Origin: Eledone cirrhosa
Lineage: Eukaryota
Assembly: GCA_964016885.1 (NCBI GenBank)
Contig: OZ024741.1
Coordinates: 357,864,001-357,928,000, forward strand
Direction: 5' to 3'
DNA length: 64,000 bases
Shown here: piece by piece, positions 26,101 to 41,100 of the stretch
Numbering within the stretch: position 1 is the first letter of the stretch
Layout: each line of letters opens with the position of its first letter
Position numbers and translations under genes: made by a program
Notes under the pieces: generated by a model
The model's database searches: none
What the model saw: only the letters and a program-made list of their open reading frames with translations
Told to the model about the DNA's origin: nothing

Positions 26101-29100
26101 ACCATGTAATGGTGGGAAAGAGCAGTCTATACCAAGCAATGGTGGGAAAGAGCAGTCTATACCATGTAATGGTGGGAAAGAGCAGTCTATACCATGTAAT
26201 GGTGGGAAAGAGCAGTCTATACCATGTAATGGTGGGAAAGAGCAGTCTATACCATGTAATGGTGGGAAAGAGCAGTCTATACCATGTTATGGTGGGAAAG
26301 AGCAGTCTATAAGATGTAATGGTAGGAAAGAGCTGTCTATACCATGTAATGGTGGGAAAGAGCTGTCTATACCATGTAATGGTGGGAAAGAGCAGTCTAT
26401 ACCATGTAATGGTGGGAAAGAGCAGTCTATACCATGTAATGGTGGGAAAGAGCAGTCTATACCATGTAATGGTGGGAAAGAGCAGTCTATACCATGTAAT
26501 GGTGGGAAAGAGCTGTCTATACCATGTAATGGTGGGAAAGAGCTGTCTATACCATGTAATGGTGGGAAAGAGCAGTCTATACCATGTAATGGTGGGAAAG
26601 AGCAGTCTATACCATGTAATGGTGGGAAAGAGCAGTCTATACCATGTAATGGTGGGAAAGAGCAGTCTATACCATGTAATGGTGGGAAAGAGCTGTTTAT
26701 GCCATGTAATGGTGGGAAAGAGCAGTCTATACCAAGCAATGGTGGGAAAGAGCAGTCTATACCATGTGATGGTGGGAAAGAGCAGTCTATACCATGTAAT
26801 GGTGGGAAAGAGCAGTCTATACCATGTAATGGTGGGAAAGCGCTGTCTATACCATGTAATGGTGGGAAAGAGCAGTCTATACCATGTAATGGCGGGAAAG
26901 AGCAGTCTATACCCTGTAATGGTGGGAAAGAGCAGTCTATACCCTGTAATGGTGGGAAAGAGCAGTCTATACCAAGCAATGGTGGGAAAGAGCAGTCTAT
27001 ACCCTGTAATGGTGGGAAAGAGCAGTCTATACCATGTAATGGTGGGAAAGAGCAGTCTATACCCTGTAATGGTGGGAAAGAGCAGTCTATACCATGTAAT
27101 GGTGGGAAAGAGCTGTGTCTACCATGCAATGGTGAAAAAGAACTGCTCATTCCTAACAATGGTCGGAAAGAGCAGTCTATACCATGTAATGGTGGGAAAG
27201 AGCAGTCTATACCATGTAATGGTGGGAAAGAGCAGTCTATACCATGTAATGGTGGGAAAGAGCAGTCTATACCCTGTAATGGTGGGAAAGAGCAGTCTGT
27301 ACCATGTAATGGTGGGAAAGAGCTGTGTCTACCATGCAATGGTGAAAAAGAACTGCTCATTCCTAACAATGGTCGGAAAGAGCAGTCTATACCATGTAAT
27401 GGTGGGAAAGAGCAGTCTATACCATGTAATGGTGGGAAAGAGCAGTCTATACCCTGTAATGGTGGGAAAGAGCAGTCTGTACCATGTAATGGTGGGAAAG
27501 AGCTGTGTCTACCATGCAATGGTGAAAAAGAACTGCTCATTCCTAACAATGGTCGGAAAGAGCAGTCTATACCATGTAATGGTGGAAAAGAGCAGTCTAT
27601 ACCATGTAATGGTTGGAAAGAGCTGTGTCTACCATGCAATGGTGAAAGAGAACTGCTCATTCCAAACAATGGTCGGAAAGAGCAGTCTATACCATGTAAT
27701 GGTGGGAAAGAGCAGTCTATACCATGTAATGGTGGGAAAGAGCAGTCTATACCAAGCAATGGTGGGAAAGAGCAGTCTATACTATGTAATGGTGGGAAAG
27801 AGCTGTGTCTACCATGCAATAGTGAAAAAGAACTGCTCATTCCAAACAATGGTCAGAAAGAGCAGTCTATACCATGTAATGGGGGGAAAGAGCAGTCTAT
27901 ACCATGTAATGGTGGGAAAGAGCAGTCTATACCATGTAATGGTGGGAAAGCAGTCTATACCATGTGATGGTGGGAAGAGCAGTCTATACCATGTAATGGT
28001 GGGAAAGAGCTGTCTATGCCATGTGATGGTGGGAAAGAGCAGTCTATACCATGTGATGGTGGGAAAGAGCAGTCTATACCAAGCAATGGTGGGAAAGAGC
28101 AGTCTATACCATGTGATGGTGGGAAAGAGCAGTCTATACCATGTAACGGTGGGAAAGAGCAGTCTATACCATGTAATGGTGGGAAAGAGCAGTCTATACC
28201 ATGTAATGGTGGGAAAGAGCTGTTTATGCCATGTAATGGTGGGAAAGAGCAGTCTATACCAAGCAATGGTGGGAAAGAGCAGTCTATACCATGTGATGGT
28301 GGGAAAGAGCAGTCTATACCATGTAATGGTGGGAAAGAGCAGTCTATACCATGTAATGGTGGGAAAGAGCAGTCTATACCATGTAATGGTGGGAAAGAGC
28401 AGTCTATACCATGTAATGGCGGGAAAGAGCAGTCTATACCAAGCAATGGTGGGAAAGAGCAGTCTATACCATGTAATGGTGGGAAAGAGCAGTCTATACC
28501 ATGTAATGGTGGGAAAGAGCAGTCTGTACCATGTAATGGTGGGAAAGAGCTGTGTCTACCATGCAATGGTGAAAAAGAACTGCTCATTCCAAACAATGGT
28601 GGGAAAGAGCAGTCTATACCATGTAATGGTGGGAAAGAGCAGTCTATACCAAGCAATGGTGGGAAAGAGCAGTCTATACCATGTAATGGTGGGAAAGAGC
28701 AGTCTATACCATGTAATGGTGGGAAAGAGCAGTCTATACCATGTAATGGTGGGAAAGAGCAGTCTATACCATGTAATGGTGGGAAAGAGCAGTCTATAAC
28801 ATGTAATGGTGGGAAAGAGCAGTCTATACCATGTAATGGTGGGAAAGAGCAGTCTATACCATGTAATGGTAGGAAAGAGCAGTCTATACCATGTAATGGT
28901 GGGAAAGAGCAGTCTATAACAAGCAATGATGGGAAAGAACTGTCTACACCATGCAATGGTGAGAAAGAGATGTCTATACTATAAAATGGTGGGAAAGAGC
29001 TGTCTATACCATGTAATGGTGGGAAAGAGCAGTCTATACCATGTAATGGTGGGAAAGAGCTGTCTATACCATGTAATGGTGGGAAAGAGCTGTCTATACC

Positions 29101-32100
29101 ATGTAATGGTGGGAAAGAGCTGTCTATACCATGTAATGGTGGGAAAGAGCTGTCTATACCATGTAATGGTGGGAAAGAGCTGTCTATACCATGTAATGGT
29201 GGGAAAGAGCAGTCTATACCATGTAATGGTGGGAAAGAGCAGTCTATACCATGTAATGGTGGGAAAGAGCAGTCTATACCATGTAATGGTGGGAAAGAGC
29301 AGTCTATACCATGTAATGGTGGGAAAGAGCAGTCTATACCATGTAATGGTGGGAAAGAGCAGTCTATACCATGTAATGGTGGGAAAGAGCAGTCTATACC
29401 ATGTAATGGTGGGAAAGAGCTGTCTATACCATGTAATGGTGGGAAAGAGCTGTCTATACCATGTAATGGTGGGAAAGAGCTGTCTATACCATGTAATGGT
29501 GGGAAAGAGCAGTCTATACCATGTAATGGTGGGAAAGAGCAGTCTATACCATGTAATGGTGGGAAAGAGCAGTCTATACCATGTAATGGTGGGAAAGAGC
29601 AGTCTATACCATGTAATGGTGGGAAAGAGCTGTTTATGCCATGTAATGGTGGGAAAGAGCAGTCTATACCAAGCAATGGTGGGAAAGAGCAGTCTATACC
29701 ATGTGATGGTGGGAAAGAGCAGTCTATACCATGTAATGGTGGGAAAGAGCAGTCTATACCATGTAATGGTGGGAAAGAGCTGTCTATACCATGTAATGGT
29801 GGGAAAGAGCAGTCTATACCATGTAATGGCGGGAAAGAGCAGTCTATACCCTGTAATGGTGGGAAAGAGCAGTCTATACCCTGTAATGGTGGGAAAGAGC
29901 AGTCTATACCAAGCAATGGTGGGAAAGAGCAGTCTATACCCTGTAATGGTGGGAAAGAGCAGTCTATACCATGTAATGGTGGGAAAGAGCAGTCTATACC
30001 CTGTAATGGTGGGAAAGAGCAGTCTATACCATGTAATGGTGGGAAAGAGCAGTCTATACCATGTAATGGTGGGAAAGAGCTGTGTCTACCATGCAATGGT
30101 GAAAAAGAACTGCTCATTCCTAACAATGGTCGGAAAGAGCAGTCTATACCATGTAATGGTGGGAAAGAGCAGTCTATACCATGTAATGGTGGGAAAGAGC
30201 AGTCTATACCCTGTAATGGTGGGAAAGAGCAGTCTGTACCATGTAATGGTGGGAAAGAGCTGTGTCTACCATGCAATGGTGAAAAAGAACTGCTCATTCC
30301 TAACAATGGTCGGAAAGAGCAGTCTATACCATGTAATGGTGGGAAAGAGCAGTCTATACCATGTAATGGTGGGAAAGAGCAGTCTGTACCATGTAATGGT
30401 GGGAAAGAGCTGTGTCTACCATGCAATGGTGAAAAAGAACTGCTCATTCCTAACAATGGTCGGAAAGAGCAGTCTATACCATGTAATGGTGGAAAAGAGC
30501 AGTCTATACCATGTAATGGTTGGAAAGAGCTGTGTCTACCATGCAATGGTGAAAGAGAACTGCTCATTCCAAACAATGGTCGGAAAGAGCAGTCTATACC
30601 ATGTAATGGTGGGAAAGAGCAGTCTATACCATGTAATGGTGGGAAAGAGCAGTCTATACCAAGCAATGGTGGGAAAGAGCAGTCTATACTATGTAATGGT
30701 GGGAAAGAGCTGTGTCTACCATGCAATGGTGAAAAAGAACTGCTCATTCCAAACAATGGTCGGAAAGAGCAGTCTATACCATGTAATGGGGGGAAAGAGC
30801 AGTCTATACCATGTAATGGTGGGAAAGAGCAGTCTATACCATGTAATGGTGGGAAAGCAGTCTATACCATGTGATGGTGGGAAGAGCAGTCTATACCATG
30901 TAATGGTGGGAAAGAGCTGTCTATGCCATGTGATGGTGGGAAAGAGCAGTCTATACCATGTGATGGTGGGAAAGAGCAGTCTATACCAAGCAATGGTGGG
31001 AAAGAGCAGTCTATACCATGTGATGGTGGGAAAGTGCAGTCTATACCATGTAACGGTGGGAAAGAGCAGCTATACCATGTAATGGTGGGAAAGAGCAGTC
31101 TATACCATGTAATGGTGGGAAAGAGCTGTTTATGCCATGTAATGGTGGGAAAGAGCAGTCTATACCAAGCAATGGTGGGAAAGAGCAGTCTATACCATGT
31201 GATGGTGGGAAAGAGCAGTCTATACCATGTAATGGTGGGAAAGAGCAGTCTATACCATGTAATGGTGGGAAAGAGCAGTCTATACCATGTAATGGCGGGA
31301 AAGAGCAGTCTATACCAAGCAATGGTGGGAAAGAGCAGTCTATACCATGTAATGGTGGGAAAGAGCAGTCTATACCATGTAATGGTGGGAAAGAGCAGTC
31401 TATACCATGTAATGGTGGGAAAGAGCAGTCTATACCATGTAATGGTGGGAAAGAGCTGTCTATACCATGTAATGGTGGGAAAGAGCAGTCAGTACCATGT
31501 AATGGTGGGAAAGAGCAGTCTATACCAAGCAATGGTGGGAAAGAGCAGTCTATACCAAGCAATGGTGGGAAAGAGCAGTCTATACCATGTAATGGTGGGA
31601 AAGAGCAGTCTATACCATGTAATGGTGGGAAAGAGCAGTCTATACCATGTAATGGTGGGAAAGAGCAGTCTATACCATGTAATGGTGGGAAAGAGCAGTC
31701 TGTACCATGTAATGGTGGGAAAGAGCTGTGTCTACCATGCAATGGTGAAAAAGAACTGCTCATTCCAAACAATGGTGGGAGAGAGCAGTCTATACCATGT
31801 AATGGTGGGAAAGAGCAGTCTATACCAAGCAATGGTGGGAAAGAGCAGTCTATACAATGTAATGGTGGGAAAGAGCAGTCTATACCATGTAATGGTGGGA
31901 AAGAGCAGTCTATACCATGTAATGGTGGGAAAGAGCAGTCTATACCATGTAATGGTGGGAAAGAGCAGTCTATAACATGTAATGGTGGGAAAGAGCAGTC
32001 TATACCATGTCATGGTGGGAAAGAGCAGTCTATACCATGTAATGGTAGGAAAGAGCAGTCTATACCATGTAATGGTGGGAAAGAGCAGTCTATAACAAGC

Positions 32101-35100
32101 AATGATGGGAAAGAACTGTCTACACCATGTAATGGTGGGAAAGAGCAGTCTATACCATGTAATGGTGGGAAAGAGCAGTCTATACCATGTAATGGTGGGA
32201 AAGAGCAGTCTATACCCTGTAATGGTGGGAAAGAGCAGTCTATACCATGTAATGGTGGGAAAGAGCAGTCTATACCCTGTAATAGTGGGAAAGAGCAGTC
32301 TATACCATGTAATAGTGGGAAAGAGCAGTCTATACCATGTAATGGTGGGAAAGAGCAGTCTATACCATGTAATGGTGGGAAAGAGCAGTCTATACCCTGT
32401 AATGGTGGGAAAGAGCAGTCTATACCATGTAATGGTGGGAAAGAGCTGTGTCTACCATGCAATGGTGAAAAAGAACTGCTCATTCCAAACAATGGTGGGA
32501 AAGAGCAGTCTATACCATGTAATGGTGGGAAAGAGCAGTCTATACCAAGCAATGGTGGGAAAGAGCAGTCTATACCATGTAATGGTGGGAAAGAGCAGTC
32601 TATACCATGTAATGGTGGGAAAGAGCAGTCTATACCATGTAATGGTGGGAAAGAGCAGTCTATACCATGTTATGGTGGGAAAGAGCAGTCTATACCATGT
32701 TATGGTGGGAAAGAGCAGTCTATACCATGTAATGGTAGGAAAGAGCAGTCTATACCATGTAATGGTGGGAAAGAGCAGTCTATAACAAGCAATGATGGGA
32801 AAGAACCGTCTACACCATGCGATGGTGAGAAAGAGATGTCTATACTATAAAATGGTGGGAAAGAGCTGTCTATACCATGTAATGGTGGGAAAGAGCAGTC
32901 TATACCATGTAATGGTGGGAAAGAGCTGTCTATACCATGTAATGGTGGGAAAGAGCTGTCTATACGATGTAATGGTGGGAAAGAGCTGTCTATACCATGT
33001 AATGGTGGGAAAGAGCTGTCTATACCATGTAATGGTGGGAAAGAGCAGTCTATACCATGTAATGGTGGGAAAGAGCAGTCTATACCAAGCAATGGTGGGA
33101 AAGAACTGTCTACACCATGCAATGGTGAGAAAGAGATGTCTATACTATAAAATGGTGGGAAAGAGCAGTCTATACCATGTAATGGTGGGAAAGAGCTGTC
33201 TATACCATGTAATGGTGGGAAAGAGCTGTCTATACCATGTAATGGTGGGAAAGAGTTGTCTATACCATGTAATGGTGGGAAAGAGCAGTCTATACCATGT
33301 AATGGTGGGAAAGAGCAGTCTATACCATGTAATGGTGGGAAAGAGCAGTCTATACCATGTAATGGTGGGAAAGAGCTGTCTATACCATGTAATGGTGGGA
33401 AAGAGCTGTCTATACCATGTAATGGTGGGAAAGAGCTGTCTATACCATGTAATGGTGGGAAAGAGCAGTCTATACCATGTAATGGTGGGAAAGAGCAGTC
33501 TATACCATGTAATGGTGGGAAAGAGCAGTCTATACCATGTAATGGTGGGAAAGAGCTGTTTATGCCATGTAATGGTGGGAAAGAGCAGTCTATACCATGT
33601 GATGGTGGGAACGAGCAGTCTATACCATGTAATGGTGGGAAAGAGCTGTCTATACCATGTAATGGTGGGAAAGAGCAGTCTATACCATGTAATGGTGGAA
33701 AGAGCAGTCTATACCATGTGATGGTGGGAAAGAGCAGTCTATACCATGTAATGGTGGGAAAGAGCAGTCTATACCATGTAATGGTGGGAAAGAGCAGTCT
33801 ATACCATGTAATGGTGGGAAAGAGCAGTCTATACCCTGTAATGGTGGGAAAGAGCAGTCTATACCATGTGATGGTGGGAAAGAGCAGTCTATACCATGTA
33901 ATGGTGGGAAAGAGCAGTCTATACCCTGTAATGGTGGGAAAGAGCAGTCTATACCATGTAATGGTGGGAAAGAGCAGTCTATACCATGTAATGGTGGGAA
34001 AGAGCAGTCTATACCCTGTAATGGTGGGAAAGAGCAGTCTATACCCTGTAATGGTGGGAAAGAGCAGTCTATACCATGTAATGGTGGGAAAGAGCAGTCT
34101 ATACCCTGTAATAGTGGGAAAGAGCAGTCTATACCATGTAATGGTGGGAAAGAGCAGTCTATACCCTGTAATGGTGGGAAAGAGCAGTCTATACCATGTA
34201 ATGGTGGGAAAGAGCAGTCTATACCCTGTAATGGTGGGAAAGAGCAGTCTGTACCATGTAATGGTGGGAAAGAGCTGTGTCTACCATGCAATGGTGAAAA
34301 AGAACTGCTCATTCCAAACAATGGTGGGAAAGAGCAGTCTATACCATGTAATGGTGGGAAAGAGCAGTCTATACCAAGCAATGGTGGGAAAGAGCAGTCT
34401 ATACCATGTAATGGTGGGAAAGAGCAGTCTATACCATGTAATGGTGGGAAAGAGCAGTCTATACCATGTAATGGTGGGAAAGAGCAGTCTATACCATGTA
34501 ATGGTGGGAAAGAGCAGTCTATACCATGTAATGGTAGGAAAGAGCAGTCTATACCATGTAATGGTGGGAAAGAGCAGTCTATACCAAGCAATGGTGGGAA
34601 AGAACAGTCTACACCATGCAATGGTGAGAAAGAGATGTCTATACTATAAAATGGTGGGAAAGAGCTGTCTATACCATGTAATGGTGGGAAAGAGCAGTCT
34701 ATACCATGTAATGGTGGGAAAGAGCTGTCTATACCATGTAATGGTGGGAAAGAGCTGTCTATACCATGTAATGGTGGGAAAGAGCAGTCTATACCATGTA
34801 ATGGTGGGAAAGAGCAGTCTATACCAAGCAATGGTGGGAAAGAACTGTCTACACCATGCAATGGTGAGAAAGAGATGTCTATACTATAAAATGGTGGGAA
34901 AGAGCTGTCTATACCATGTAATGGTGGGAAAGAGCAGTCTATACCATGTAATGGTGGGAAAGAGCTGTCTATACCATGTAATGGTGGGAAAGAGCTGTCT
35001 ATACCATGTAATGGTGGGAAAGAGCTGTCTATACCATGTAATGGTGGGAAAGAGCTGTCTATACCATGTAATGGTGGGAAAGAGCTCTCTATACCATGTA

Positions 35101-38100
35101 ATGGTGGGAAAGAGCTGTCTATACCATGTAATGGTGGGAAAGAGCTGTCTATACCATGTAATGGTGGGAAAGAGCTGTCTATACCATGTAATGGTGGGAA
35201 AGAGCAGTCTATACCATGTAATGGTGGGAAAGAGCAGTCTATACCATGTAATGGTGGGAAAGAGCAGACTATACCATGTAATGGTGGGAAAGAGCAGTCT
35301 ATACCATGTAATGGTGGGAAAGAGCTGTCTATACCATGTAATGGTGGGAAAGAGCTGTCTTTACCATGTAATGGTGGGAAAGAGCTGTCTATACCATGTA
35401 ATGGTGGGAAAGAGCAGTCTATACCATGTAATGGTGGGAAAGAGCAGTCTATACCATGTAATGGTGGGAAAGAGCAGTCTATACCATGTAATGGTGGGAA
35501 AGAGCAGTCTATACCATGTAATGGTGGGAAAGAGCAGTCTATACCATGTAATGGTGGGAAAGAGCAGTCTATACCATGTAATGGTGGGAAAGAGCTGTTT
35601 ATGCCATGTAATGGTGGGAAAGAGCAGTCTATACCATGTGATGGTGGGAAAGAGCAGTCTATACCATGTAATGGTGGGAAAGAGCTGTCTATACCATGTA
35701 ATGGTGGGAAAGAGCAGTCTATACCATGTAATGGTGGGAAAGAGCGGTCTATACCATGTGATGGTGGGAAAGAGCAGTCTATACCATGTAATGGTGGGAA
35801 AGAGCAGTCTATACCATGTAATGGTGGGAAAGAGCAGTCTATACCATGTAATGGTGGGAAAGAGCAGTCTATACCCTGTAATGGTGGGAAAGAGCAGTCC
35901 ATACCATGTGATGGTGGGAAAGAGCAGTCTATACCATGTAATGGTGGGAAAGAGCAGTCTATACCCTGTAATGGTGGGAAAGAGCAGTCTATACCATGTA
36001 ATGGTGGGAAAGAGCAGTCTATACCATGTAATGGTGGGAAAGAGCAGTCTATACCAAGCAATGGTGGGAAAGAGATGTCTATACTATAAAATAGTGGGAA
36101 AGAGATGTGTATACTATAAAATGGTGGGAAAGAGCTGTCTATACCATGCAATGGTGAGAAAGAGATGTCTATACTATAAAATAGTGGGAAAGAGATGTGT
36201 ATACTATAAAATGGTGGGAAAGAGCTGTCTATACCATGCAATGGTGAGAAAGAGATGTCTATACTATAAAATAGTGAGAAAGAGATGTCTATACCATGCA
36301 ATGGTGGGAAAGAGCAGTTTATACCATGTAATGGTGGGAAAGAGCAGTCTATACCATGTAATGGTGGGAAAGAGCAGTCTATACCATGTAATGGTGGGAA
36401 AGAGCTGTGTCTACCATGTAATGGTGGGAAAGAGCTGTCTATGCCATGTAATGGTGGGAAAGAGCAGTCTATACCATGTGATGGTGGGAAAGAGCAGTCT
36501 ATACCATGTGATGGTGGGAAAGAGCAGTCTATACCATGTGATGGTGGGAAAGAGCAGTCTATACCATGTGATGGTGGGAAAGAGCAGTCTATACCATGTG
36601 ATGGTGGGAAAGAGCAGTCTATACCATGTAACGGTAGGAAAGAGCAGTCTATACCATGTAATGGTGGGAAAGAGCTGTCTATACTAAGCAATGGTGGGAA
36701 AGAGCAGTCTATACCATGTAATGGTGGGAAAGAGCAGTCTATACCATGTAATGGTGGGAAAGAGCAGTCTATACCAAGCAATGGTGGGAAAGAACTGTCT
36801 ACACCATGCAATGGTGAGAAAGAGATGTCTATACTATAAAATGGTGGGAAAGAGCTGTCTATACCATGTAATGGTGGGAAAGAGCAGTCTATACCATGTA
36901 ATGGTGGGAAAGAGCTGTCTATACCATGTAATGGTGGGAAAGAGCTGTCTATACCATGTAATGGTGGGAAAGAGCTGTCTATACCATGTAATGGTGGGAA
37001 AGAGCTGTCTATACCATGTAATGGTGGGAAAGAGCTCTCTATACCATGTAATGGTGGGAAAGAGCTGTCTATACCATGTAATGGTGGGAAAGAGCTGTCT
37101 ATACCATGTAATGGTGGGAAAGAGCAGTCTATACCATGTAATGGTGGGAAAGAGCAGTCTATACCATGTAATGGTGGGAAAGAGCAGACTATACCATGTA
37201 ATGGTGGGAAAGAGCAGTCTATACCATGTAATGGTGGGAAAGAGCTGTCTATACCATGTAATGGTGGGAAAGAGCTGTCTTTACCATGTAATGGTGGGAA
37301 AGAGCTGTCTATACCATGTAATGGTGGGAAAGAGCAGTCTATACCATGTAATGGTGGGAAAGAGCAGTCTATACCATGTAATGGTGGGAAAGAGCAGTCT
37401 ATACCATGTAATGGTGGGAAAGAGCAGTCTATACCATGTAATGGTGGGAAAGAGCAGTCTATACCATGTAATGGTGGGAAAGAGCAGTCTATACCATGTA
37501 ATGGTGGGAAAGAGCTGTTTATGCCATGTAATGGTGGGAAAGAGCAGTCTATACCATGTGATGGTGGGAAAGAGCAGTCTATACCATGTAATGGTGGGAA
37601 AGAGCTGTCTATACCATGTAATGGTGGGAAAGAGCAGTCTATACCATGTAATGGTGGGAAAGAGCGGTCTATACCATGTGATGGTGGGAAAGAGCAGTCT
37701 ATACCATGTAATGGTGGGAAAGAGCAGTCTATACCATGTAATGGTGGGAAAGAGCAGTCTATACCATGTAATGGTGGGAAAGAGCAGTCTATACCCTGTA
37801 ATGGTGGGAAAGAGCAGTCCATACCATGTGATGGTGGGAAAGAGCAGTCTATACCATGTAATGGTGGGAAAGAGCAGTCTATACCATGTAATGGTGGGAA
37901 AGAGCAGTCTATACCATGTAATGGTGGGAAAGAGCAGTCTATACCATGTAATGGTGGGAAAGAGCAGTCTATACCAAGCAATGGTGGGAAAGAGATGTCT
38001 ATACTATAAAATAGTGGGAAAGAGATGTGTATACTATAAAATGGTGGGAAAGAGCTGTCTATACCATGCAATGGTGAGAAAGAGATGTCTATACTATAAA

Positions 38101-41100
38101 ATAGTGAGAAAGAGATGTCTATACCATGCAATGGTGGGAAAGAGCAGTTTATACCATGTAATGGTGGGAAAGAGCAGTCTATACCATGTAATGGTGGGAA
38201 AGAGCAGTCTATACCATGTAATGGTGGGAAAGAGCTGTGTCTACCATGTAATGGTGGGAAAGAGCTGTCTATGCCATGTAATGGTGGGAAAGAGCAGTCT
38301 ATACCATGTGATGGTGGGAAAGAGCAGTCTATACCATGTGATGGTGGGAAAGAGCAGTCTATACCATGTGATGGTGGGAAAGAGCAGTCTATACCATGTG
38401 ATGGTGGGAAAGAGCAGTCTATACCATGTGATGGTGGGAAAGAGCAGTCTATACCATGTAACGGTAGGAAAGAGCAGTCTATACCATGTAATGGTGGGAA
38501 AGAGCAGTGAATACCATGCAATGGTGGGAAAGAGCAGTCTATACCATGTAATGGTGTGAAAGAGCAGTCTATACCATGTAATGGTGGGAAAGAGCTGTCT
38601 ATACTAAGCAATGGTGGGAAAGAGCAGTCTATACCATGTAATGGTGGGAAAGAGCAGTCTATACCATGTAATGGTGGGAAAGAGCAGTCTATACCATGTG
38701 ATGGTGGGAAAGAGCAGTCTATACCATGTAATGGTGGGAAAGAGCAGTCTATACCAAGCAATGGTGGGAAAGAGCAGTCTATACCATGTAATGGTGGGAA
38801 AGAGCAGTCTATACCATGTAATGGTGGGAAAGAGCAGTCTATACCATGTAATGGTGGGAAAGAGCTGTCTATACCATGTAATGGTGGGAAAGAGCTGTCT
38901 ATACCATGTAATGGTGGGAAAGAGCTGTCTATACCATGTAATGGTGGGAAAGAGCAGTCTATACCATGTAATGGTGGGAAAGAGCAGTCTATACCATGTA
39001 ATGGTGGGAAAGAGCAGTCTATACCATGTAATGGTGGGAAAGAGCAGTCTATACCATGTAATGGTGGGAAAGAGCTGTTTATGCCATGTAATGGTGGGAA
39101 AGAGCAGTCTATACCAAGCAATGGTGGGAAAGAGCAGTCTATACCATGTGATGGTGGGAAAGAGCAGTCTATACCATGTAATGGTGGGAAAGAGCAGTCT
39201 ATACCATGTAATGGTGGGAAAGAGCTGTCTATACCATGTAATGGTGGGAAAGAGCAGTCTATACCATGTAATGGCGGGAAAGAGCAGTCTATACCCTGTA
39301 ATGGTGGGAAAGAGCAGTCTATACCCTGTAATGGTGGGAAAGAGCAGTCTATACCAAGCAATGGTGGGAAAGAGCAGTCTATACCCTGTAATGGTGGGAA
39401 AGAGCAGTCTATACCATGTAATGGTGGGAAAGAGCAGTCTATACCCTGTAATGGTGGGAAAGAGCAGTCTATACCATGTAATGGTGGGAAAGAGCAGTCT
39501 ATACCATGTAATGGTGGGAAAGAGCTGTGTCTACCATGCAATGGTGAAAAAGAACTGCTCATTCCTAACAATGGTCGGAAAGAGCAGTCTATACCATGTA
39601 ATGGTGGGAAAGAGCAGTCTATACCATGTAATGGTGGGAAAGAGCAGTCTATACCCTGTAATGGTGGGAAAGAGCAGTCTGTACCATGTAATGGTGGGAA
39701 AGAGCTGTGTCTACCATGCAATGGTGAAAAAGAACTGCTCATTCCTAACAATGGTCGGAAAGAGCAGTCTATACCATGTAATGGTGGGAAAGAGCAGTCT
39801 ATACCATGTAATGGTGGGAAAGAGCAGTCTGTACCATGTAATGGTGGGAAAGAGCTGTGTCTACCATGCAATGGTGAAAAAGAACTGCTCATTCCTAACA
39901 ATGGTCGGAAAGAGCAGTCTATACCATGTAATGGTGGAAAAGAGCAGTCTATACCATGTAATGGTTGGAAAGAGCTGTGTCTACCATGCAATGGTGAAAG
40001 AGAACTGCTCATTCCAAACAATGGTCGGAAAGAGCAGTCTATACCATGTAATGGTGGGAAAGAGCAGTCTATACCATGTAATGGTGGGAAAGAGCAGTCT
40101 ATACCAAGCAATGGTGGGAAAGAGCAGTCTATACTATGTAATGGTGGGAAAGAGCTGTGTCTACCATGCAATGGTGAAAAAGAACTGCTCATTCCAAACA
40201 ATGGTCGGAAAGAGCAGTCTATACCATGTAATGGGGGGAAAGAGCAGTCTATACCATGTAATGGTGGGAAAGAGCAGTCTATACCATGTAATGGTGGGAA
40301 AGCAGTCTATACCATGTGATGGTGGGAAGAGCAGTCTATACCATGTAATGGTGGGAAAGAGCTGTCTATGCCATGTGATGGTGGGAAAGAGCAGTCTATA
40401 CCATGTGATGGTGGGAAAGAGCAGTCTATACCAAGCAATGGTGGGAAAGAGCAGTCTATACCATGTGATGGTGGGAAAGTGCAGTCTATACCATGTAACG
40501 GTGGGAAAGAGCAGCTATACCATGTAATGGTGGGAAAGAGCAGTCTATACCATGTAATGGTGGGAAAGAGCTGTTTATGCCATGTAATGGTGGGAAAGAG
40601 CAGTCTATACCAAGCAATGGTGGGAAAGAGCAGTCTATACCATGTGATGGTGGGAAAGAGCAGTCTATACCATGTAATGGTGGGAAAGAGCAGTCTATAC
40701 CATGTAATGGTGGGAAAGAGCAGTCTATACCATGTAATGGCGGGAAAGAGCAGTCTATACCAAGCAATGGTGGGAAAGAGCAGTCTATACCATGTAATGG
40801 TGGGAAAGAGCAGTCTATACCATGTAATGGTGGGAAAGAGCAGTCTATACCATGTAATGGTGGGAAAGAGCAGTCTATACCATGTAATGGTGGGAAAGAG
40901 CTGTCTATACCATGTAATGGTGGGAAAGAGCAGTCAGTACCATGTAATGGTGGGAAAGAGCAGTCTATACCAAGCAATGGTGGGAAAGAGCAGTCTATAC
41001 CAAGCAATGGTGGGAAAGAGCAGTCTATACCATGTAATGGTGGGAAAGAGCAGTCTATACCATGTAATGGTGGGAAAGAGCAGTCTATACCATGTAATGG

